NCBI GenBank assembly: GCA_029262005.1
Contig: JAJDAG010000041.1
Coordinates: 1-35,709, forward strand
Length of the DNA stretch: 35,709 nt
Reading direction: 5' to 3'
DNA from: Candidatus Zhuqueibacterota bacterium
GTDB taxonomy: Bacteria; Zhuqueibacterota; Zhuqueibacteria; Oceanimicrobiales; Oceanimicrobiaceae
Shown here: positions 26,987 to 35,709 of the stretch, piece after piece
How positions within the stretch are numbered: the first letter of the stretch is position 1
How the letters are laid out: each line of letters begins with the position of its first letter
Program-made: the position numbers and the translations under genes
Notes under the pieces: generated by a model
Told to the model about the DNA's origin: nothing
The model's input: only the letters and a program-made list of their open reading frames with translations
The model's database searches: none

Positions 26987-27916
26987 TTAGCTGCTCCCCT
27001 GGAGATCATCAGGCTCTATATGAACCACAACATCCTCGATCTGTAGTTTCGAATTAAATAAATGGTCTTTGACGTGGTGACCAATTTCATGACCTTCTCT
27101 TACTGGAATATTTCCGTCAACAATAATATGTATATCCAGTAGGAGACTTAGTCCGCTTTTTCTAATACGACATTTCTCAACACCGACCACACCGCTAACA
27201 TCTCGCGCAATTCTTCTTACCGTCCTTTCAATTTCCTCTGGAACTGCTGCATCCATGACTTCGTCTACCGCGGGACGAAGCAAGCGGATGCCGTTGTAAA
27301 CAATTATGCCACAGGCAATGAGTGCAGCCCAATCATCCGCGCTTTCGTAACCCTTACCACCAATTAAGGCAATGGTGATGCCGATAAAAACAGCCAAAGA
27401 TGTAATGGCGTCGGAACGATGATGCCATGCATCGCTTCTGAGAGAAGTGCTATTGACAGTCCTTCCGACTCTAAATACAAAGCGGTATAATGTTTCTTTG
27501 GTTATGATAACAACACTTAAAATGACCAGCGTATACCACGCCGGTGCCTGGTGAGGCGTAAGAATCTCTCGAATACTTTGTACGGAAATAAGCAAGGCAG
27601 CGCCGAAGAGAAACAGTGAAACAAACATACCGGCGAGAGACTCTGCCTTGCCGTGACCAAATGGATGGTTGCTGTCAGGAGGTTTAGCAGAAATCCGCAA
27701 ACTGGTTAAAACCAGAAATGAGGACAAGATGTCAGTTGTCGATTCGATGCCATCCGCTATAAGAGCATAAGAATTGCCGACGATTCCAGTAATTATTTTT
27801 GAAATCGCCAGGACTGTATTCACAGCTATGGCAACTCCAGACGCATGTATTCCCCTGGCTACAGGTGCGCTTGTTTGTTGACTGGGTGCAAATTTGGTAG
27901 TCAGATTTGAGCTCAT
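26987..27916 (-). CDS. Cation diffusion facilitator (CDF) family divalent-metal efflux transporter (CzcD/FieF-like)
   Basis: Has six TM segments, HxxxD-type metal sites (DAWHHRSDAITS; GHGKAESL) and a C-terminal cytoplasmic metal-binding domain. Confidence 0.85.
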   Translation of the reverse strand: MSSNLTTKFAPSQQTSAPVARGIHASGVAIAVNTVLAISKIITGIVGNSYALIADGIESTTDILSSFLVLTSLRISAKPPDSNHPFGHGKAESLAGMFVSLFLFGAALLISVQSIREILTPHQAPAWYTLVILSVVIITKETLYRFVFRVGRTVNSTSLRSDAWHHRSDAITSLAVFIGITIALIGGKGYESADDWAALIACGIIVYNGIRLLRPAVDEVMDAAVPEEIERTVRRIARDVSGVVGVEKCRIRKSGLSLLLDIHIIVDGNIPVREGHEIGHHVKDHLFNSKLQIEDVVVHIEPDDLQGSS

Positions 27917-28013
27917 TGAATTATGGTTTTAGTCCCCCTGCAGTATTGCCGCTAACGAGATTGTTGAATAAGTTAAGCTTGAATTCCCCCAAAAAATTGA
28001 GAGCGCAAAACCG

Positions 28014-29405
28014 TTAAGCCTGATTCACTTCGATTATACCGAGCGGTTTTCGGGTTTTCCAAAGGCCGCGAGTGAAGTCGGGGAAATCGACCGGCCGGGA
28101 TCGGTTGGCGACGGATTCCTCGGTTAAGCCGGAAACGACGGTCCAATCAACGGCGTCGTAGACATCCATATCTGTTGGCAGGCCTTTGCGCAGGCAGTAA
28201 ATTAAACGAGCAAGCTCAAGATAATCTGCACCGCCGTGGCCCGCGCCGGTTGATTTAGCCTGGTGCGCCTTAATAAACGGATGCTCAAACTCTTCTGCAT
28301 GGTTCTCAAGCGGCTCCCATTTGTGTGCTTCAGTTATGCCCTCAATATGAATGAGATTTCTGTGCGTCATATCACTGAAACCTTGCGTGATGCCTTTGGT
28401 GCCCTGGATGAGGTTGATCCGGCTGTACGGCCGGGGCAAATTAGTGTCGTGCACGAGATAAATCGTTTTGCCGTTCGCAGTTTGGATCAAACTGGTGTTC
28501 ACATCCCCGAGTTTATAATTTGCTTTGGAAAACTGGTGATCCGGTCCAAGTGTTTTTCGGGCGTACTCCTGGAGTCCACGACTCGGTGAGCTCATCGAAA
28601 CCAGGTAGTCAAAACGGTCACCGCGATTGATGTTCATGCATTGGGCAATCGGCCCCAACCCGTGTGTCGGGTAGAGGTTCCCGTTCCTGTTTATGGAATG
28701 GTAGACGCGCCATTCTTTTTCGTACAATCCACCCAGTTTCCAATGACGCAAATCATGATTATACGCGCCTTCAGCATGTAAAAGTTCGCCAAGCAGGTTC
28801 TTTCTGACCATATTAAGAATCATCATTTCAGGGCGCATGTAACAGACATTTTCCAGCATGACACAGTGCTTGTTGTATTTCTCCGCCGTTTCAACCAATT
28901 CCCAGCATTCGTCAACGGTCACGGCAGCAGGAACTTCCGTCGCCGCATGGCTGCCGGTTTTCATCGCTTCAACACAAATAGGCACGTGCCATTCCCAGGG
29001 TGTGGCGGTTACAACCAGATCGAGTTCTTCCTCCGCACACATTCTTTTGAAGTCATATTCTCCACGCGAATATCCTGTTGGTTTTGCTTTGCCAGCCTCA
29101 ACCGCCAGGCTTTGCATTTGTGTGACTTTTTCCGTCACCGTATCGCAGATGGCGCGCAGCTCAACGCCCGCAATTCTCAGCAAACTTTGAATGTGGCCAC
29201 TGCCCTGATTGCCGACGCCCACCATCCCAACTCGCACTGTTTCCATCGGTTTGACTACCGGTACTCCCGGAGCGGTCTGAAGCGCTCTGGAACAGGCTGA
29301 AAGGCTGACACCGGCCATGGAGGCCCCCAGGCCAAGAGTAGTTCCCATCTTAAGAAAGTCCCGGCGACTGAAATCATCTTTCGTATCAGGTTTGTCGTTG
29401 GTCAT
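28014..29405 (-). CDS. Tat-exported Gfo/Idh/MocA-family NAD-dependent oxidoreductase; its architecture matches GH109-type alpha-N-acetylgalactosaminidases
   Basis: Contains a twin-arginine signal (SRRDFLKMGTTLGLGASMAGVSLSA) and a Rossmann motif (VGMVGVGNQGSGH). Length is ~460 aa. Confidence 0.75.
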   Translation of the reverse strand: MTNDKPDTKDDFSRRDFLKMGTTLGLGASMAGVSLSACSRALQTAPGVPVVKPMETVRVGMVGVGNQGSGHIQSLLRIAGVELRAICDTVTEKVTQMQSLAVEAGKAKPTGYSRGEYDFKRMCAEEELDLVVTATPWEWHVPICVEAMKTGSHAATEVPAAVTVDECWELVETAEKYNKHCVMLENVCYMRPEMMILNMVRKNLLGELLHAEGAYNHDLRHWKLGGLYEKEWRVYHSINRNGNLYPTHGLGPIAQCMNINRGDRFDYLVSMSSPSRGLQEYARKTLGPDHQFSKANYKLGDVNTSLIQTANGKTIYLVHDTNLPRPYSRINLIQGTKGITQGFSDMTHRNLIHIEGITEAHKWEPLENHAEEFEHPFIKAHQAKSTGAGHGGADYLELARLIYCLRKGLPTDMDVYDAVDWTVVSGLTEESVANRSRPVDFPDFTRGLWKTRKPLGIIEVNQA

Positions 29406-29457
29406 GTTCGATCCTTTTGAGTTTTCTTTGAGAAAGTTAATTAGGGCGCTTTTGCTG

Positions 29458-30333
29458 TCAAAACGCGAATCCCTTGAATTCCCGCTTCAAATAAGCTTTG
29501 ACAACGCCAATGTCATCGCGATTAGTGAGATCTATTATGTGTTCACTTACTGGAATTGCATACACGGATTCAGGATAGTCACGCGCCAGCGCCACAACAG
29601 TGGCTGGCAGCTCTTTTTCCAATCTAACTGGGTGAAGTGGTATATTCTCAAGATAGGGAAAGATGGCATCATAGTAAAGTCGAAACAAATTCATGCTGAC
29701 ACCGACGCGTCCCGCTGCGTCGATAGCCTGCGCCAGCGCCTCAGGTCCCGGCTTTTCAATAATGTCCAGCAAATAGCTGTTTTCATTCTTTTGGATAACG
29801 GAGAAAGCTTCGATTTTTGACTGAGCAAACTGTAGCGCAGATCGGTCGTAATCGACCAGGGCATTTTCATGGCAGCAATCGGACATCAGCTTGAATGCTC
29901 TTTTCGAGTACAGATTGTCGCCATTGCAGACGGTGAAAGAGTGACCGCGCCAGTCGGAGCGACATAAGAGCGCCTGATGCAAGGCGTCTGCCGTGCCCAG
30001 CGGGCTGGTCCTGTCGGGCGGGATTTCCTGAACCGCGTAAGATATGGTTAATCCGCGAAAATGATTGCCGCGTTCTTTTTCCCCGTAGTGATTTCTGATT
30101 GCTCGATCGTTCGCACCAACTACGAGCACAATGTCTTGGTAGCCGGCCTCCCGGGCATTGAAGAGCAGGTAATCCAGAAATGGCCGATTACCCTCTCCAA
30201 CACCCAGCATTGACTTCGGTTTAGCGAGTGCCTGGCCTGGTAGCGGATCTTCCTCTCCGGGCGCTTGATGTGCTGAATTCTTCATTCGTGAAGACATGCC
30301 GGCTGCCAGGATAACCAAGCGATCTCCGCTCAT
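29458..30333 (-). CDS. Sugar-1-phosphate nucleotidyltransferase (NTP_transferase family)
   Basis: The N-terminal nucleotide-binding motif reads LVILAAGMSSRMK...KPKSML (a G-x-G-T-R-L-type loop). Its ATG overlaps the stop of the upstream kinase (ATGA). Confidence 0.75.
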   Translation of the reverse strand: MSGDRLVILAAGMSSRMKNSAHQAPGEEDPLPGQALAKPKSMLGVGEGNRPFLDYLLFNAREAGYQDIVLVVGANDRAIRNHYGEKERGNHFRGLTISYAVQEIPPDRTSPLGTADALHQALLCRSDWRGHSFTVCNGDNLYSKRAFKLMSDCCHENALVDYDRSALQFAQSKIEAFSVIQKNENSYLLDIIEKPGPEALAQAIDAAGRVGVSMNLFRLYYDAIFPYLENIPLHPVRLEKELPATVVALARDYPESVYAIPVSEHIIDLTNRDDIGVVKAYLKREFKGFAF

Positions 30334-31439
30334 TGACCCATTCCGTTGTTCACAGCGGTTTCAATCCTAACGCCTTCGTCAACTTGAACAACAAAACTTT
30401 TGCCGCCGACGCGTTCAATGGCAGCAGCAACTTCGTGAGGATTGTTCGGGGCGTACGCGAACATGCAGCCGCCGCCGCCGGAGCCGTTTATTTTTGCACC
30501 CAGCGCACCTGCAGAGAGCGCAGCATCGATCATGCGATCAATCTTGGCAGTGGATATTTTCAGTGTGTCGCGAAGAATTGCCTGGTGCTCGTTTAAAAGC
30601 TGTCCAACTCGGGTTCGGTCTATATTCCCATGTCGCAAAGCTGCCTTCGCCGCCAGGGTAATCTGGTGATTGCGCCAGGTCCCGGCCAGCAAGTCGTATT
30701 TTTCGGAAGTGAGCTTATTTTGCAGTTCAGCCATTCGTTCGTTGTTTATCAAGCGCAGTGAAAAACCGGCATCGCTCCGGGCCAACTGGTTTAAGATCTC
30801 AATTACACCGTGCTTAACACGCGCGAGAATCAGTTTGGTTTCCTTAGGCTCGCCGGAATCGCCAAGCACAAAGTTGCCGAGGTTAGCGTGCAAACGTTGC
30901 GCTCGAACACTCGGAGCGAATTCAAGAAAAATGATACGGCCGAGTGCCGATGTGTACTGATCCATCATACCGCCCGGCTCTGAAAACTCGACGACTTCGG
31001 CCTGATGGGCAAATTCAGCAATTTCTTCGGGCGAGAAATCCGGTCGTTCATCGCTAATTTGGGCCAGGAACTTTATCCACGCAACGACCAACGCGGAGGA
31101 ACTGGATGTTCCGGCGTTGATTGGAATTTCACCTCGAACCGAACATTCGCAACCTTGCGAAAAGTGCAACCCTTTCCGGTGGAGAACATTGAGCGCACTG
31201 CGAAAATAATCCCGTTCTTTTTGATAGGGCAAGTTTTTTCCATGGGGCAATTGCTCTACCGCCCCGATGTCCGGCAGGTCCAGATAGATTGTCTTGTCAT
31301 CATTCGGATGGCCCGTAACCGAGAGTCGCAGAGAAATGGCGCAAGCGATGACCGGCAAGTTCAGGTAATCCTGGTGCTCACCGAAAAGGCAAATCCGGCC
31401 AGGGGCAGAAACCTGCAATTGTCCGATTGGCGAATTCAT
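30330..31439 (-). CDS. GHMP-family anomeric sugar kinase with a galactokinase signature
   Basis: Carries the galactokinase signature GRICLFGEHQDY, the GHMP ATP motif PINAGTSSSSALVVAW and a C-terminal GAKINGSGGGGCMFAYA. Confidence 0.8.
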   Translation of the reverse strand: MNSPIGQLQVSAPGRICLFGEHQDYLNLPVIACAISLRLSVTGHPNDDKTIYLDLPDIGAVEQLPHGKNLPYQKERDYFRSALNVLHRKGLHFSQGCECSVRGEIPINAGTSSSSALVVAWIKFLAQISDERPDFSPEEIAEFAHQAEVVEFSEPGGMMDQYTSALGRIIFLEFAPSVRAQRLHANLGNFVLGDSGEPKETKLILARVKHGVIEILNQLARSDAGFSLRLINNERMAELQNKLTSEKYDLLAGTWRNHQITLAAKAALRHGNIDRTRVGQLLNEHQAILRDTLKISTAKIDRMIDAALSAGALGAKINGSGGGGCMFAYAPNNPHEVAAAIERVGGKSFVVQVDEGVRIETAVNNGMGQ

Positions 31440-31474
31440 AAAGGCTGTTTCTCAATATTTGCCCACTTCCTGCT

Positions 31475-33268
31475 CTAAGAAAAGTTAATTCTTTTGGAAA
31501 ATTTTGCAAGCAGAACCGCCGAGACGGCAGCCACTACGCTGGTTACTACTGCCGGCATCAAATTGGCATAAAGCCAAAAACCTGTAGAGAAGAGCAGTGA
31601 ATAAACGAAAGTTATGCCGAAGAAAACGGCCAGTAGTGTTGACGGAACATCGCTTTTTTCGTCTGAATAGACCGGAAGTTCATCCCCCGCACGCCGGGCT
31701 TCTGCCAGTACTTTTTGCCAGCCCGGTCCATCGGGCTTAATCTTGCGATAGAAGGCGAGCAGGGTTTCTTGGGCCGTGGGTTTGGTTAGAACCGTCACCA
31801 GCACCCAGCCGAGAGTCGTGACCGAAACGCCGATGACCAGTTTCTGCCACTCGATCAGCGCCGGTAAACCCAGGCTCGCGTGAATAAATTCAAAATAGAC
31901 AGCAATCAGAAATGAAATGATCATGGCGGAAATTTCGCTGGCTGCATTAATTCTCCACCAAAACCAACGCAACAGAAAAAGCAATCCTGTGCCGGCGCCG
32001 ATCTGTAATAGAATATGAAATGCTTGCACGGCATTGCTCAAAAGTAGTGCAAGCATGGCGGCCAGAACCATCAACGCCAGCACAGTGCCTTTGCCAACGA
32101 AAATGAGCTGCTTTTCCGTCGGTTGCTCATTAAGAAAACGCCTGTAAAAATCATTCACAACATAAGACGCACCCCAGTTCAGGTGGGTTGAAATGGTGGA
32201 CATTACCGCCGCGATCAACGAAGCGATCACCAGGCCCAGCAAGCCGGACGGTAAAAAGGTAAGCATGGCAGAATATGCAAGATCGTTTTTGATGATGTCC
32301 GGTGAAATGTGCGGGAAGGCATTCCGTAACGAGGCCAAGTCCGGAAAGACAACAAGAGAGGCCAAGGCAACCAATATCCAGGGCCATGGCCTCAGCGCGT
32401 AATGTGCAACATTGAAAAACAGCGTGGCGCCAACCGCGTGTTTTTCGTTCCGGGCAGCAAGAATTCGCTGGGCCACATAGCCACCGCCGCCGGGTTCCGA
32501 CCCCGGATACCAGACGCTCCACCACTGCACTGCAAGCGGAATAATGAACACGGTCAAGAGCAACGACGTGTCCGAAAAATCGGGGAGAATTGAGATTTTG
32601 CCCTGCACATTAGGATGTGAAATCAGGCTCGCTAAACCGCCCACCTGAGGCAAGTTGACAATCACAATTGCTGCCCAAACAGATCCAACCATAGCAATTA
32701 TGAACTGGATGAAATCGGTAATCAGCACACCGCGAAGTCCGCCGAGCATGGTGTAGGTAACGACCACCACTGACGTGACAAAAATTGTTTCAAATGGCGA
32801 AATTCCCAACATGACTCCGCCTATTTTGATTGCGGCCAAAAGTACAGCCGCCATGATCACAACATTAAAAAAGACACCGAGATAAAGTGCCCGGAATCCG
32901 CGAAGAAAAGTCGCTGCTTTGCCGCTGTAGCGCAATTCGTAGAACTCGATATCGGTCAACACCTCTGAGCGGCGCCATAATTTTGAATAAATGAAGACGG
33001 TTACCATGCCGGTCAATAAAAATGCCCACCACAACCAGTTGCCGGCCACTCCGTGCTGTCTTACCAGGTCGGTTACCAGGTTTGGTGTGTCCGCCGAGAA
33101 AGTTGTTGCCACCATTGAAACCCCGAGGAGCCACCACGGCATATCTCGACCAGAGGCAAAAAACTCAACGGCATTGCTTCTCGCTTTTTTGGCAACGCTG
33201 AGTCCGACAGCGAGTGAAATCAGAAAAAAACCGCCGATTGACAGCCAGTCGATAAATTGCAGCTTCAT
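31475..33268 (-). CDS. Sodium:solute symporter (SSS) family transporter, about 13-14 TM
   Basis: The 597-aa polytopic protein has SSS-type hydrophobic periodicity, including the GGL...G..W region and a C-terminal cytoplasmic extension. Confidence 0.8.
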   Translation of the reverse strand: MKLQFIDWLSIGGFFLISLAVGLSVAKKARSNAVEFFASGRDMPWWLLGVSMVATTFSADTPNLVTDLVRQHGVAGNWLWWAFLLTGMVTVFIYSKLWRRSEVLTDIEFYELRYSGKAATFLRGFRALYLGVFFNVVIMAAVLLAAIKIGGVMLGISPFETIFVTSVVVVTYTMLGGLRGVLITDFIQFIIAMVGSVWAAIVIVNLPQVGGLASLISHPNVQGKISILPDFSDTSLLLTVFIIPLAVQWWSVWYPGSEPGGGGYVAQRILAARNEKHAVGATLFFNVAHYALRPWPWILVALASLVVFPDLASLRNAFPHISPDIIKNDLAYSAMLTFLPSGLLGLVIASLIAAVMSTISTHLNWGASYVVNDFYRRFLNEQPTEKQLIFVGKGTVLALMVLAAMLALLLSNAVQAFHILLQIGAGTGLLFLLRWFWWRINAASEISAMIISFLIAVYFEFIHASLGLPALIEWQKLVIGVSVTTLGWVLVTVLTKPTAQETLLAFYRKIKPDGPGWQKVLAEARRAGDELPVYSDEKSDVPSTLLAVFFGITFVYSLLFSTGFWLYANLMPAVVTSVVAAVSAVLLAKFSKRINFS

Positions 33269-33364
33269 GGTCGCACCTTAAGAATCGTTTTTAAAATTTC
33301 AATGGTCTGATTTAGGGACTTCAGAACCCGCTTGCTTTGGTCTGTCTCTCTAACCGGTTTTTGC

Positions 33365-34207
33365 TCACGAGCCATGGCTGTGCACAGCATTCGCCACCGG
33401 TTGAACACGATTTAGGTCTTCGCACAAAGACTTATAGATATCACGGCATTGTCTCACGTGGTCCCGCAATCCGTTGGCTTCTGGAAAGGAGCTGATTGGT
33501 GGAATCGGCTCGGTGGCGGGCAGGACACCTGTGCTTGAAAGAACGCGCTCATAAAGATGTTTATGTCGACCTTCCAGGTTGTCGAGATCAATATCCGTTC
33601 TGGGCTGCCAGGACAGCAATTCGGGAGAAAAGCGTAGCTGCAAGCGCTCGAACACTTCTGCAATGACTTTTTCGGGCTCATTTCTAAAATCGCCGGCATC
33701 AACGATTATGTAGGGGATGCCCCGGTCTCGACATTGTTGAATTTGTTCAGCAAGCAGTTGCCAACCCGTTTCAATTAAGGGGAAGTTGCAGTCTTGTCCG
33801 GCCTCGATTTTTTTGCGTACTCTGGACGCAATGTTGAGCCGCGGATCTCTTATCATGAAAACGACCGGAGACATTGTCAGAGAAACGAGCAAGTCAAAAT
33901 ACTTGCCCACCTGGTAGGGCATTTCCTTGACGACAAGCCAGCCGGCAGCAACCCCGACTCCCGTCTCTGTTACCGGGCCGACTTCGACAGGATGCAAGAG
34001 ATTCTTTCTTGCATCACCTAGATTGGCTCCATTGTAGTACAAACTTTCAAAAGGCTCATGGCAATAGTAACCGATGGCGATATGTTCCCAAAACACGCGG
34101 GCAAATGCGGTCGAGCAACACCGCGGCGGGGATGAAATGACAAATATTCTCTCGTGTCTTTCCCGGAGTTTCAGGAAACGCCTCTTCCAGACATCCTTAA
34201 ATATCAC
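33365..34207 (-). CDS. P-loop sulfotransferase-family protein (Stf0-like carbohydrate sulfotransferase)
   Basis: Has a 5'-PSB-like loop VISSPPRCCSTAF and a 3'-PB-like motif MIRDPRLNIASRV. Confidence 0.55.
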   Translation of the reverse strand: MIFKDVWKRRFLKLRERHERIFVISSPPRCCSTAFARVFWEHIAIGYYCHEPFESLYYNGANLGDARKNLLHPVEVGPVTETGVGVAAGWLVVKEMPYQVGKYFDLLVSLTMSPVVFMIRDPRLNIASRVRKKIEAGQDCNFPLIETGWQLLAEQIQQCRDRGIPYIIVDAGDFRNEPEKVIAEVFERLQLRFSPELLSWQPRTDIDLDNLEGRHKHLYERVLSSTGVLPATEPIPPISSFPEANGLRDHVRQCRDIYKSLCEDLNRVQPVANAVHSHGS

Positions 34208-34344
34208 AATAATAACCCTCCTCGTAGTTATTGACGTGCCGCATGCACCATCGATGAGTTAGTAGGTGCACTATTTCAGCTTTCCTTAGCCGGTGATTCC
34301 GGGGTAACAAAGTAGCAATGCAAATGGTGGCGCCTATTGTTTAT

Positions 34345-34743
34345 CTATTTGTCAGAGCGCTTGTTGAGCACCTTATAAAAAACAAGAATGAGCACACTTA
34401 TTGCCAAAGACAAATAGCACAAGGGAAATCCCGTATCACTGAGCGGACAGCTATCGCCTTTAATCATTTGCAGCAGAGTGCCTGCAGCAGCAATCAGAAA
34501 AACGATTATCCATCCAAAGATAAATAGCTTGTCTCTATTCTTTTTGCTAAGCCCGATTTGGCTAGCGGCCATCGCGCAATAGCCGGCAGCCACTAAAAAA
34601 CATATGGGTAGTCCGTTGAAATCGGGGCAGGGAGATGTTCCCGTAATGGTGGTATAAGACACTGATAGCGCACCATATAGCCCGATGGCCAACAAAAGCC
34701 ATAGAGCTATATGGCTGAATCGTATGTTCGGATTGGCCGGCAT
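34345..34743 (-). CDS. Four-TM membrane protein with two paired-Cys loops (C-x8-C and C-x9-C); unknown family
   Basis: Four hydrophobic helices with loop motifs CPDFNGLPIC and CPLSDTGFPLC. Its start overlaps the stop of the upstream CRTAC1-like gene (TAATG). Confidence 0.5.
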   Translation of the reverse strand: MPANPNIRFSHIALWLLLAIGLYGALSVSYTTITGTSPCPDFNGLPICFLVAAGYCAMAASQIGLSKKNRDKLFIFGWIIVFLIAAAGTLLQMIKGDSCPLSDTGFPLCYLSLAISVLILVFYKVLNKRSDK

Positions 34744-35709
34744 TAGAACTGAACCGTCGTATTAGTGAAACTGCCTTGTCGCGATTCTTGAGTCCCATCA
34801 AGGTAGCCAACACTGACAGCCGTAGCATGCCCATTACCAAGCCCGAAAATCTGCACGTGTGATTGGTCCGAGCACAGGCCCTCTCCAGAAACATAATCTC
34901 TACAAATTACTTTCCCGCCGGCAAGCGTGACCGTTATTTTCGCCCCAACTGACGCAATATTATCTGGTAATTTAACTTTCAAATAGTTGGCATTGCCGCC
35001 CTGATTAATAAATGCTTTAGATCTACCGGCGATATTAACGTGCACCAAATCCGGGTAACCATCATTATTAAAGTCAGCAGTGATTGGCGAAATACCATAC
35101 TCGTAGTTGATAATTCCACTCTCTTTGCCGGTTGCAGCAAACTCACCTGATTCTGTCTGCATTAAGAAACGTCCCGGTAATTTTAGGAAAGGAATTTGAT
35201 GCGGTGGAAAGCCAATATAGTTTTCTGAGACGACCAAATCATCAAGACCGTCCAGGTTGAAGTCTTCAAATATCGCGCCCCAGGAGAACTCATAATCTGC
35301 CAGCTTGGCTTGCTCGGCAATGTCGCTAAAGGTAAAGCCGCCGTTATTCCGGAACATAATCCACTTGCGATTGAAGACCTGGTCCTCGCGCAGGTCGCCC
35401 TTGACCAGGAAACCCGGAGGCGTACTGCCAACGTTGGAAAAGAAGAAGTCTACCAAGCCGTCATTCTGATAATCAGTGACGGCAATACCCATGGGATAGC
35501 TATATTGCGATGAATTCGGGTTGCGCATATTTTTGAATGTAAGATCACCGAGGTTTTTCCAGGTTCTGACTTGCCCCGTGTCGTGGGCTACGACCAGGTC
35601 TTCGAAACCATCTCTGTCAATATCGACAAACACGCCCATGAAAGTGTTGTGTTTATAGGTCATGCCTGAAGACTCTGTGATGTCGGTGAAAGTATTGTCG
35701 CCATTGTTG
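34743..35709 (-). CDS. FG-GAP / ASPIC-UnbV (CRTAC1-family) repeat protein. C-terminal part only; the reading frame stays open to the window edge
   Basis: Contains repeated DxDxDGxxD calcium-binding FG-GAP motifs (DIDRDGFEDLVV, DYQNDGLVDFFF, DFNLDGLDDLVV, DFNNDGYPDLVHV) and a C-terminal UnbV_ASPIC-like tail. The in-frame sequence continues upstream of the first Met without a stop. Confidence 0.75.
   Translation of the reverse strand, partial: NNGDNTFTDITESSGMTYKHNTFMGVFVDIDRDGFEDLVVAHDTGQVRTWKNLGDLTFKNMRNPNSSQYSYPMGIAVTDYQNDGLVDFFFSNVGSTPPGFLVKGDLREDQVFNRKWIMFRNNGGFTFSDIAEQAKLADYEFSWGAIFEDFNLDGLDDLVVSENYIGFPPHQIPFLKLPGRFLMQTESGEFAATGKESGIINYEYGISPITADFNNDGYPDLVHVNIAGRSKAFINQGGNANYLKVKLPDNIASVGAKITVTLAGGKVICRDYVSGEGLCSDQSHVQIFGLGNGHATAVSVGYLDGTQESRQGSFTNTTVQF

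Noticed and set aside
1-35709. CRISPR arrays, IS elements, transposases, integrases, toxin-antitoxin pairs, restriction-modification or other known defence genes
   Set aside because: No direct-repeat/spacer arrays, terminal inverted repeats with transposase ORFs, or recognisable defence-protein motifs were seen anywhere in the window

Overview
The 35.7-kb window is mostly chromosomal and gene-dense. T9SS C-terminal sorting-domain cargo and Shine-Dalgarno usage suggest a T9SS-bearing lineage (FCB-group or related candidate phylum), but that is inference only. Housekeeping genes are acnA, htpG, dut, lexA, dinB, a pterin dehydratase (phhB-like) and a tandem tRNA-Lys(TTT)/tRNA-Lys(CTT) pair. Four accessory-looking modules stand out. 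(1) An ECF sigma / zf-HC2 anti-sigma / secreted HEAT-repeat protein operon (447-3438, minus strand). (2) An SOS-like cluster (8.7-13 kb, minus strand): lexA, an unknown 84-aa ORF, a GyrI-like protein, and a four-helix-bundle protein translationally coupled to dinB, with shared candidate operator motifs. (3) A plus-strand cluster (16.6-24.8 kb) behind a perfect-consensus sigma70-type promoter: a 1107-aa T9SS cargo protein with a novel ~53-aa propeller-like repeat, a membrane-anchored trypsin-like protein apparently lacking the catalytic His, a cytoplasmic GAF histidine kinase, a receiver-only response regulator and an SPFH protein. (4) A minus-strand glycan salvage/modification cluster (28.0-35.7 kb): CRTAC1-like FG-GAP protein, a 4-TM paired-Cys membrane protein, an Stf0-like sulfotransferase, an SSS transporter, a galactokinase-family anomeric kinase, a sugar-1-P nucleotidyltransferase and a Tat-exported Gfo/Idh/MocA (GH109-like) enzyme. 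No CRISPR array, transposase, integrase or obvious defence island was seen. All protein identifications come from motif recognition in the supplied translations; no database search was run.
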